From positions 12,471-76,470 of the forward strand of contig JAMQHL010000020.1 in NCBI GenBank assembly GCA_025993795.1: 64,000 bases of DNA, given 5' to 3'. The stretch comes from Planctomycetota bacterium (lineage in GTDB: Bacteria; Planctomycetota; UBA8742; UBA2392). The notes under the pieces are model-generated. The model saw only the letters and a list, made by a program, of their open reading frames with translations, was not told the DNA's origin and did not search any database. The translations under genes and the position numbers were made by a program. This document shows, piece after piece, positions 54,217-64,000 of the stretch. The stretch's first letter is position 1; each line of letters starts with the position of its first letter.

Positions 54217-54237
54217 CGTCCATGATGGACGCTTTTT
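54217..54237 (+). terminator. Rho-independent terminator after lepA
   Basis: The palindrome cgtccatgatggacg is followed by cttttt. Confidence 0.6.
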
Positions 54238-54246
54238 GAGCACAAC

Positions 54247-54276
54247 TTGAACGTAGGGGCTTTATCCCCCTATTAC
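54247..54276 (+). promoter_or_regulatory. Candidate sigma-70 promoter for the cytochrome/ACIII operon (TTGAAC-N18-TATTAC)
   Basis: Hexamers at 54247-54252 and 54271-54276, in an AT-rich patch about 150 nt upstream of GTG 54427. Confidence 0.3.
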
Positions 54277-54426
54277 ACCTTTATATACAACCATCTCCGC
54301 GGGGGCCGGGTTGAGTCTGACCCGGGCGGATTCTCAACCGGCGAAGCAGTGCAATTCGTGCGACGGGGCGCTCAGCGGCCTCGCGTTGTCTTTACCGGTG
54401 GCGAACCGGCGGCAGGAGAAGTGTAA

Positions 54427-55674
54427 GTGCGGCGTGTGACCAGTTTGGTTTTCTTCGGCTTGGCGGCAGCGCTCTGCACCGTCGTTGGTTTCGGTGTCTT
54501 TGCGACGACCGCCGATGCGCAGGCAATGCCGGTGCCCGAGGCCGAGCTTCCGGATGGCGTAAAAAACGCCGGCCAGTTCGCACCGGTCGGATGGTCACCC
54601 GGTCAGCCGCATCCCGGCGAAAAGCTGTGGGCAACCTGCGCCGCCTGCCACACCCTTTCCACCAAGAAGACGGTCGGGCCCGGTTTCGCGGGAATGTACG
54701 AGCGCGTGGCGGCGACCGGGTTTGAGGGCAAAGCGGTCCAGCAACGCCTCCTTGAGTTCATCAAAGACGTCAAGGGCGTGAAGGACCCCTACTTCATCGA
54801 GATGCAGAAGAAGGAAGGCCCCACGCCGAACGTCGATATGACGCCTCGCGGCGGGTTGGCCGACACGATTACCGACCGCCAGATCCTGGATCTGATTGAC
54901 TACATTCTTCGCAACCGGGTTCTCGACTTCGACGAAGACGCATACATGAAGAAGGTTCGCCTGGGGCGCGAGTTCGTCAGCGGGGCCCGCCACTTCAGCA
55001 ACGGCGGCCCGTCCTGTATCGGTTGCCACACCGTGGGCGCCGATGACGAACTGCGGGGCGGCAACGTCGGCGGAAACATCTCGCACACGCTGGTTGCCGC
55101 GCGCACCAACGGCGGCGACGAAAAAGACATGTACGCACAGGGGCTGTTCAACCTGCTGTCGGGCGAGGAAGCGCCGCGCATGCACCGCTACTATCGCGAC
55201 GGAGTCGGCCACCTCACCGATTCCGAGCTGGAAGCCGTGACGGCGTTCTTTGACTACCAGTTGCGGCAAGTAGGTACTGAGCGTGAGTCGAACTACCTGC
55301 CGATCTTCGCGCTGCTGCTGGCGGCACTGCTCATCCTGCTGATGGAACCAGGCCTTTACGCCAACCTGTTTGCCAAGCAAGAGAAGGAGTTCGTGGACGG
55401 CCCATACAAGCCCGAAGAGCACCATGACGACGGGCCCGCACCCCAAGCGCCAAAGACAGAAGCGCCCGAGCAGCCAAAGCCGGAAGAGGCGAAGGCAGTG
55501 ACACCGGCAGCACCCGCGGCAACGGCGCCATCTACGACCGCAGAAGAAGCTAAGCCAGAGGCGCCCGCAGATGCGACTGGAACTGCTGGCGGCGAAGAGA
55601 AGACAGAAGAGAAGACAACAGAAGAGAAGACAGAAGAGAAGACTGACGAACAGAGCGGCGAGAAGAAAGAGTAG
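54427..55674 (+). CDS. Membrane-anchored dihaem c-type cytochrome with an acidic EEKT-repeat tail
   Basis: Signal peptide, two CxxCH motifs (CAACH, CIGCH), TM helix LPIFALLLAALLILLM, and a C-terminal Pro/Glu/Lys-rich tail (EEKTEEKTTEEKTEEKT). AGGAGAAG RBS before the GTG start. Confidence 0.8.
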   Translation: MRRVTSLVFFGLAAALCTVVGFGVFATTADAQAMPVPEAELPDGVKNAGQFAPVGWSPGQPHPGEKLWATCAACHTLSTKKTVGPGFAGMYERVAATGFEGKAVQQRLLEFIKDVKGVKDPYFIEMQKKEGPTPNVDMTPRGGLADTITDRQILDLIDYILRNRVLDFDEDAYMKKVRLGREFVSGARHFSNGGPSCIGCHTVGADDELRGGNVGGNISHTLVAARTNGGDEKDMYAQGLFNLLSGEEAPRMHRYYRDGVGHLTDSELEAVTAFFDYQLRQVGTERESNYLPIFALLLAALLILLMEPGLYANLFAKQEKEFVDGPYKPEEHHDDGPAPQAPKTEAPEQPKPEEAKAVTPAAPAATAPSTTAEEAKPEAPADATGTAGGEEKTEEKTTEEKTEEKTDEQSGEKKE

Positions 55675-55691
55675 CAGCAAGGGTAGCGGAC

Positions 55692-56498
55692 ATGGACGAC
55701 CCGTCAGGTGGATTGTTCCGTTGGTGGCCACAGCAGACGCTGGAAGACGTCGCGCGTCTGGTGGACCCGTTGCTGAACCTGTTGCTGTTGCTTGTTCCTT
55801 ACCTGTCTGTTGCAGCCCTGCTTGGCAGCCCGGTGTTTGTGGCGATGTGGCTGCGCATGGAAAAGACCAGGGGCCCCCGCTTCACGGACGGACAGGAGCG
55901 CAAGCTGCGCTCGGTGCCGCTGTCGCTGGGCGTCTGGGGCTTGGTGACGCTGCATTTCTGCATGATCGTTTCGCCGCGGATGACGCAGGCGATTGCCAGC
56001 AGCAGCATCGCGCGCGACATTCTTGAGGTCCTGGTGATGGGCTTGGCGTTCTTCACCACCTTCGGCATCCTGAACCTGATCTTGCGCTTTGTGACTGAGC
56101 CCAAGATCCGCCGCAAGTTCAACCTGCTTGACCTGGCCATCATCGGCCACGTCATGGGCGCGCTGGGCGTTGGTCTGTTCGCCTGGGCGACCGTGCGCCA
56201 CGCCAGCGTCTGGACCGCCACCGTGGCCTGGCAGCACTGGGTGGAATCACTCACGTTCAGCCAGGGGGCCGACCCGGCGATCAACAGCCTTCCGACGATC
56301 GCCAAACTGCACGTGATCATGGGCTCGCTGGCGTTTGCCATCATGTGCCAGAGCCGAGTGATCACCCTGATGCTGATACCGCGCCCGAGGTTCTGGCGCT
56401 TTGACAGCCTGACCGGCAACAAGCACAACAAGCTCGCCGCCGGCGGTGCGGTTGCATTGATGTACGGCGTAAGCGCCGATGAGAAAGCGAAACACTAG
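55692..56498 (+). CDS. NarI-like (nitrate reductase gamma / DsrM-type) membrane cytochrome b
   Basis: About 5 TM helices with conserved His. The C-terminal WQHWVESLTFSQGA...IAKLHVIMGSLAFAIMCQSRVITLMLIP parallels NarI W.QS..TF.GGA...IFRLHLVLGMTLF...FSRLIH. Confidence 0.6.
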   Translation: MDDPSGGLFRWWPQQTLEDVARLVDPLLNLLLLLVPYLSVAALLGSPVFVAMWLRMEKTRGPRFTDGQERKLRSVPLSLGVWGLVTLHFCMIVSPRMTQAIASSSIARDILEVLVMGLAFFTTFGILNLILRFVTEPKIRRKFNLLDLAIIGHVMGALGVGLFAWATVRHASVWTATVAWQHWVESLTFSQGADPAINSLPTIAKLHVIMGSLAFAIMCQSRVITLMLIPRPRFWRFDSLTGNKHNKLAAGGAVALMYGVSADEKAKH

Positions 56499-56500
56499 AG

Positions 56501-57091
56501 ATGAACGCGAAGCTCGCGATCCTTTTCCTTATGCTCACCATCGGTACCGCGATGCCGGTGCTGCTGGGCATTCGCCACACCTTCGACATCCAGTTGCCGA
56601 ACCTGCACACCGGGTACCAGCCCGAACAGCCAATCCCCTACAGCCACCGGCTGCATGCCGGCTACTTGAACATCGACTGCCAATACTGCCATACAGCCGC
56701 CGACCAAGGCCGGCACGCCGGCGTGCCAAACCTGCAGACGTGCATGAACTGCCACAACACCGTCAAGGGGAACACCACCGAGAGCAAAGAGCGCATTGCG
56801 CTGCTCGCATCCAAGTTTGCGGACGGCACAGGCGTTGAGTGGAAGAGGGTGCATAACAATCCTGATTTCGTGTACTTCAACCACATGGCACATGTGCGCA
56901 TCGCCAGGAATGGCGAGGGCTTCACGTGCCAGGAGTGCCACGGCGCCGTCGAAAACGAGGGCGTTGCGAAACAGCAGGAGATTCTGTCCATGGGCTGGTG
57001 CTTGAACTGCCACCGCACATGGAATGAAGAGTACAAGAAACAGGGCTGGGAACCGGCAGCACCGCTGAACTGCGATGCCTGCCATCGCTAG
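56501..57091 (+). CDS. actA: Alternative Complex III pentahaem cytochrome c subunit ActA
   Basis: Five CxxCH motifs (CQYCH, CMNCH, CQECH, CLNCH, CDACH), an N-terminal TM anchor, and position before actB. Confidence 0.85.
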   Translation: MNAKLAILFLMLTIGTAMPVLLGIRHTFDIQLPNLHTGYQPEQPIPYSHRLHAGYLNIDCQYCHTAADQGRHAGVPNLQTCMNCHNTVKGNTTESKERIALLASKFADGTGVEWKRVHNNPDFVYFNHMAHVRIARNGEGFTCQECHGAVENEGVAKQQEILSMGWCLNCHRTWNEEYKKQGWEPAAPLNCDACHR

Positions 57092-57123
57092 CGCGTAGTG
57101 CTTTTGAGTTGCACAGGGAATGC

Positions 57124-60108
<2,985 letters not shown>

Positions 60109-60142
60109 ACCGCAGCACGAGCATCGGACCGAGTAAGGTTTT

Positions 60143-61555
60143 ATGGCGCACCACTATTCAGAACTTCGCATGCCGCTTGTCCACGGTGGCAAGACCATGC
60201 ACGACATCACGAATGATGTCTGCGGGTCAATTGAGGGCAAGCCGTCGATGCTTTGGTGGGTCGGCTGGATGGTCTCCGGGCTGGTCGCGTTGATGGGCGT
60301 GCTGACCATCGCCTATCAGGTCTACAAGGGCATCGGCACATGGGGCCTGAACAAGACAGTCGGTTGGGGCTTTGACATCACGAACTTCGTGTTCTGGATC
60401 GGCATCGGCCATGCAGGCACGCTGATCAGCGCTGTGCTGTTCCTGTTCCGGCAGAAGTGGCGCACGAGTATCAACCGCTCTGCCGAGGCCATGACGCTGT
60501 TTGCCGTGATGTGCGCGGGTTTGTTCCCGGTGATTCACATGGGCCGGCCCTGGATTGGCTTTCTGTGGGCAGCGCCTTACCCCAACCTGCGCGGGCCGCT
60601 GTGGGTGAACATTCGCAGCCCGCTGTTGTGGGACGTGTTTGCGATCAGCACGTACTTCTCGATCTCGGCGGTGTTCTGGTTCATCGGGTTGATCCCTGAC
60701 GTTGCGACGGTACGCGACCGCGCCAAACACTGGGCCCGCAAGTTCTTCTACGGCACGCTGAGCATGGGCTGGCGCGGGTCGGTGCGGCACTGGAACCACT
60801 ACGAAACCACGTACATGATTTTTGCGGGTTTGGCCACGCCACTTGTGTTCAGCGTCCACACCATCGTGTCGATGGACTTCGCCACGTCGGTGCTGCCTGG
60901 CTGGCATACCACGATCTTCCCGCCTTACTTCGTTGCGGGCGCGATTTTCTCGGGCTTCGCGATGGTGCTGACGCTGCTGCTGATCGCCCGCGAGACGATG
61001 AACCTGAAGCAATACATCACGCAAGACCATCTCGAGAACATGGGCAAGGTGATCATCCTGACGGGCAGCATGGTGGGCCTGGCTTACGGCACCGAGATGT
61101 TCATGGCCTGGTACAGCGGCAGCATGTACGAGCAGTACGCTTTCATCAACCGCGCGACCGGGCCGTTTGCCTGGAGCTACTGGATCATGGTCAGCTGCAA
61201 TGTGATCAGCCCACAGACCCTGTGGTTCCGCAAGCTGCGCCGCAGCCCGATTTTCCTGTTCATCATGAGTATCTTCGTGAACATCGGCATGTGGTTTGAG
61301 CGCTTCGTGATCATCGTGACCAGCCTGCACCGCGACTACCTGCCAAGCAGCTGGGCGCACTACTATCCTACGCACATCGAGGTCATGGAGCTGATCGGCA
61401 GCTTCGGCATCTTCTTCTTCCTGTTCTTCTGCTTCATTCGCCTGCTGCCGGGCATTGCGTTCGGCGAAGTCAAGGGCGTGATGAAGATGGGGCAGAAGCA
61501 CAAACATGACGACAAGCCCACCAGAGAAGCCCCCGCGGAGGTGAGCCATGTCTGA
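60143..61555 (+). CDS. actC: Alternative Complex III quinol-interacting membrane subunit ActC (NrfD/PsrC-like)
   Basis: 470 aa polytopic NrfD-like membrane protein directly after actB. Confidence 0.88.
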   Translation: MAHHYSELRMPLVHGGKTMHDITNDVCGSIEGKPSMLWWVGWMVSGLVALMGVLTIAYQVYKGIGTWGLNKTVGWGFDITNFVFWIGIGHAGTLISAVLFLFRQKWRTSINRSAEAMTLFAVMCAGLFPVIHMGRPWIGFLWAAPYPNLRGPLWVNIRSPLLWDVFAISTYFSISAVFWFIGLIPDVATVRDRAKHWARKFFYGTLSMGWRGSVRHWNHYETTYMIFAGLATPLVFSVHTIVSMDFATSVLPGWHTTIFPPYFVAGAIFSGFAMVLTLLLIARETMNLKQYITQDHLENMGKVIILTGSMVGLAYGTEMFMAWYSGSMYEQYAFINRATGPFAWSYWIMVSCNVISPQTLWFRKLRRSPIFLFIMSIFVNIGMWFERFVIIVTSLHRDYLPSSWAHYYPTHIEVMELIGSFGIFFFLFFCFIRLLPGIAFGEVKGVMKMGQKHKHDDKPTREAPAEVSHV

Positions 61556-62108
61556 CGAAGAGAACAATCTCTTCTTCGGCGTCTTCACCGACGAGGACGA
61601 CTGCCTTGAGGCCACAAAGGCCTGCACCGAAGCCAACTTCACGTACCACGACGTGATCGCACCCTATGCCGTCCACGGCCTTGACCGCGCCATGGGCCTG
61701 CCTTTCAGCAAGATCACCTGGGTGACCTTTCTGTGCGGCACGATGGGTTGCGCGCTTTCATTCCTGGGCATGGCGTACATGTCGCACTGGGACTGGCCGC
61801 TCAACATCGGTGGCAAGGAAACGCTGCCGATACCGGCCCTGATCCCGATCATGTTTGAACTGACGGTGCTGTTCGGCGGCGTGTGCACGATGCTGGCCCT
61901 GTTCGTCTTCTGCTTCCTGTATCCCGGCAAGCAGGCGCGGCTTTTCCATGCGCGCCAGACTGACGACCGGTTCGTGATCGTGCTGGAAATGGATGAAGAC
62001 TTCATCGAAGCCAGGGCCCGTGAGATTTTCACCGCCAACCACGCAGAGGACATCCGCGAAGTGGACGCTGACTACGACATCAACAGCGGCCCGGAGGGGG
62101 CGGCATAA
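61548..62108 (+). CDS. actD: Alternative Complex III subunit ActD (DUF3341)
   Basis: FGVF..ED...A......A.....DV..PY.VHGLD motif with two TM helices. It overlaps the actC end by 8 nt. Confidence 0.85.
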   Translation: MSDEENNLFFGVFTDEDDCLEATKACTEANFTYHDVIAPYAVHGLDRAMGLPFSKITWVTFLCGTMGCALSFLGMAYMSHWDWPLNIGGKETLPIPALIPIMFELTVLFGGVCTMLALFVFCFLYPGKQARLFHARQTDDRFVIVLEMDEDFIEARAREIFTANHAEDIREVDADYDINSGPEGAA

Positions 62109-62812
62109 TGCAGAAAGCCTTCGACAAAGTCGTGGACGCACAAGTGCAGGCGATCAAAGTCGCGCACGACTTCGTGGCACGGAACGAGAAAAAACAGCCC
62201 GCCCGGGTCTGGATCGGCGCCGGCGTGCTGATCGGTGCCATTGTCACCGGCCTGGTTGCGGGCTTCGTGCTGCGCGACTTCGGAAAGCGCAACTTCGAAT
62301 ACATGCCCGACATGGCCTACAGCAAGGCGTGGGAAAGCCAGCAGATGCACCATTACCCCGAATGGAACACCCATCCGCTGCCCAACCCGATTGAGCAATG
62401 GGGCACCGCGGACATGCCGCCGCCCGACGGCACCTACTACCGGGGACAGCAGTGGCTGGACATTCCAGCCGGCGAAGCAGGCCGCGAGCAGTCCCGCCAA
62501 CTGGCCAACCCGTACGCCGGCAGAACCGGGGCTGAGCGCGAGGCGCTGCTGACCCGCGGTAAGCGCCTGTTCCGGATGAACTGCGAGGCCTGCCACAGCG
62601 TTGATGGCGTCGGCAGCGCGCCCGTCACCCAGTTCGGCATCGGGGCGCCGGCGATCAACAATGCGGCGGTCCGCGATCGACTTACTGACGGGCAGCTCTT
62701 TCACACGATTACGTATGGCTTTAACACGATGCCGGCGCACGCCAGCCACGTTGACTACGATGACCGCTGGAAGATCGTCGTGTACCTGCGCTCGTTGCAG
62801 GAGGGCAGGTAG
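62108..62812 (+). CDS. actE: Alternative Complex III monohaem cytochrome c subunit ActE
   Basis: N-terminal TM helix and a single CEACH haem motif. TAATG overlap with the actD stop. Confidence 0.85.
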   Translation: MQKAFDKVVDAQVQAIKVAHDFVARNEKKQPARVWIGAGVLIGAIVTGLVAGFVLRDFGKRNFEYMPDMAYSKAWESQQMHHYPEWNTHPLPNPIEQWGTADMPPPDGTYYRGQQWLDIPAGEAGREQSRQLANPYAGRTGAEREALLTRGKRLFRMNCEACHSVDGVGSAPVTQFGIGAPAINNAAVRDRLTDGQLFHTITYGFNTMPAHASHVDYDDRWKIVVYLRSLQEGR

Positions 62813-64000
62813 ATGGCAACCGTGACCGTCATGGACGAGCCCGAACACTTCAGCTTTCCTGTGCTCGCCAAGCTGGCCAGCATCGGGATGATGGGCGTCG
62901 GCCTCATCGCGTTCGGCCTGACCTGGATTGGCGGCGTTGAGCTGGCGATGACCGGCTGGGTGATCGCGGCTTGGTACTGCCTTGGTTTTCCGCTGTTTGC
63001 CACGGTGTTCCTGGCGATGTCGCACCTTTCCAGCAGCGGTTGGCACGTCGTCATCAAGCGTGTGCCCGAGGCGATGACCCGCTATCTGCCGGTTGCCGCA
63101 GCTACGTTTGTAGTGGTCGCGCTTGCGGCGATGTTCAGCGATTTCTACGAATGGTCGCACCCGGTTGACCACGGCGACCTGCACAGCGAGCTGATTCTTG
63201 GCAAGGCCGCATGGATGAACCCGAGTTCATTCGTGATCCGCATGGCGATTTATTTCGGCATCTGGATCGCGGCGTCATGGGCGCTGGTGCGCGCATCGCG
63301 CAAACAGGATATCGATGGCGACGTCAAGCACACCAGCACCGGCCGCAGAATCGCCGCGCCCTACGCCGCACTGTTCGCGATCACCGTTACCTTCTCAAGT
63401 GTCGACTACATCATGAGCGTTGAGCCGACGTGGTTCAGCACCATGTTCGGCGTGTACCAGTTCGCCGGTATCATGGAGAGCGGGTTTGCGATGCTGGCCC
63501 TGCTGCTGATCTTCCTGCGGCAGACCGGCTATCTGCGCAAGTCAGTCAACGAGAATCACTACCACAATGTCGGCATCTGGCTGCTTGCGGCAGCCACTTT
63601 CTGGGCCTACATCTGGTTCTGCCAGTTCCTGCTGATCTGGTACTCGAACATCCCCGAGGAAACGCAGCACTACCTGGCGCGATGGGAGGGACCGTGGTTC
63701 TGGGTCGCGTTCGGTTTGAATCCGCTGCTCAACTGGGTCATCCCGTTCCTGATTCTGTTGCCGCGGCCGAACAAGCGCAGCCCGAAGATGCTGGGGATCG
63801 CGGCCTGCATCGCGCTGGGCGGGCGCTTCATTGACCTGTGGCAGCTTGTTGCACCACGCACGCACCCCGTGGATGGCATCCCGCATGCCGCAAACGATGT
63901 GTGGACCGTCGTTGTCGGCGGCACCCTGATCGGCGTGCTGGGCCTGTTCCTGTTCGTTACGCTCAAGGCGCTGGAGAAGGCGCCGCTGCTGGCCAAGAAG
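62813..64000 (+). CDS. actF: Alternative Complex III membrane subunit ActF (NrfD-like), runs off right edge
   Basis: Not in the track because no stop lies in the window. ATG 62813 directly follows the actE TAG. My translation MATVTVMDEPEHFSFPVLAKLASIGMMGVG...WFSTMFGVYQFAG...LLIWYSNIPEE is polytopic and typical of ActF. Confidence 0.8.
   Translation, partial: MATVTVMDEPEHFSFPVLAKLASIGMMGVGLIAFGLTWIGGVELAMTGWVIAAWYCLGFPLFATVFLAMSHLSSSGWHVVIKRVPEAMTRYLPVAAATFVVVALAAMFSDFYEWSHPVDHGDLHSELILGKAAWMNPSSFVIRMAIYFGIWIAASWALVRASRKQDIDGDVKHTSTGRRIAAPYAALFAITVTFSSVDYIMSVEPTWFSTMFGVYQFAGIMESGFAMLALLLIFLRQTGYLRKSVNENHYHNVGIWLLAAATFWAYIWFCQFLLIWYSNIPEETQHYLARWEGPWFWVAFGLNPLLNWVIPFLILLPRPNKRSPKMLGIAACIALGGRFIDLWQLVAPRTHPVDGIPHAANDVWTVVVGGTLIGVLGLFLFVTLKALEKAPLLAKK

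Overview
High-GC bacterial chromosomal window. Strong GC3 bias produces many long antisense shadow ORFs in the track.

**Left half (397-28378, all minus strand).** One co-directional type VI secretion (T6SS) array carries all 13 core genes. Transcription order is two FHA/TagH-like genes, tssJ, tssK, tssL, tssM, tagF, tssA, tssB, tssC, hcp, tssE, tssF, tssG, clpV, vgrG. It ends in a VgrG-tip module: a DUF2169-pentapeptide fusion, a 639-aa pentapeptide-repeat protein, DUF3540, and a toxin-less DUF4150 PAAR-like protein. I see no toxin/immunity pair and no PpkA/PppA-type kinase or phosphatase.

**Insertions in the T6SS operon.** Two small non-T6SS genes sit in operon gaps, each bracketed by inverted repeats. 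One is a four-helix-bundle '23S rRNA IVS' family gene between tssE and tssF. The other is a GxxExxY PD-(D/E)XK-like gene between clpV and vgrG. Related heptamer-repeat elements occur at 37.2-37.4 kb and 41.2 kb.

**Region divergent from the T6SS promoter (28.4-32.7 kb).**
- A Mu Com-like zinc-ribbon ORF.
- A Cys-rich sigma-70 region-4 HTH protein.
- Two small ORFs.
- An ECF sigma/anti-sigma pair.
- A DUF2752 protein.

**Remainder (housekeeping and accessory).**
- dnaX, ybaB and a Crp/Fnr regulator.
- BatA-like and DUF58 genes split by an opposite-strand orphan ORF.
- ccmB, ccmC and a CcmD-like gene.
- A sigma-54 NtrC-type response regulator.
- Two paralogous lipoproteins and a 1-Cys peroxiredoxin.
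- rplU and rpmA.
- A TPR protein that looks 5'-truncated.
- An aldo/keto reductase and smpB.
- A divergent orphan Hcp-like gene.
- folK, a large secreted helical-repeat protein and lepA.
- An Alternative Complex III operon (actABCDEF, actF running off the right edge), preceded by an extra membrane-anchored dihaem cytochrome c and a NarI-like cytochrome b.

No tRNA, rRNA, CRISPR array or transposase was recognised. The left edge carries the 5' end of an L-serine dehydratase gene. Taxon cannot be determined from the sequence alone; gene content would fit a Planctomycetota/PVC-, Acidobacteriota- or Myxococcota-like organism.
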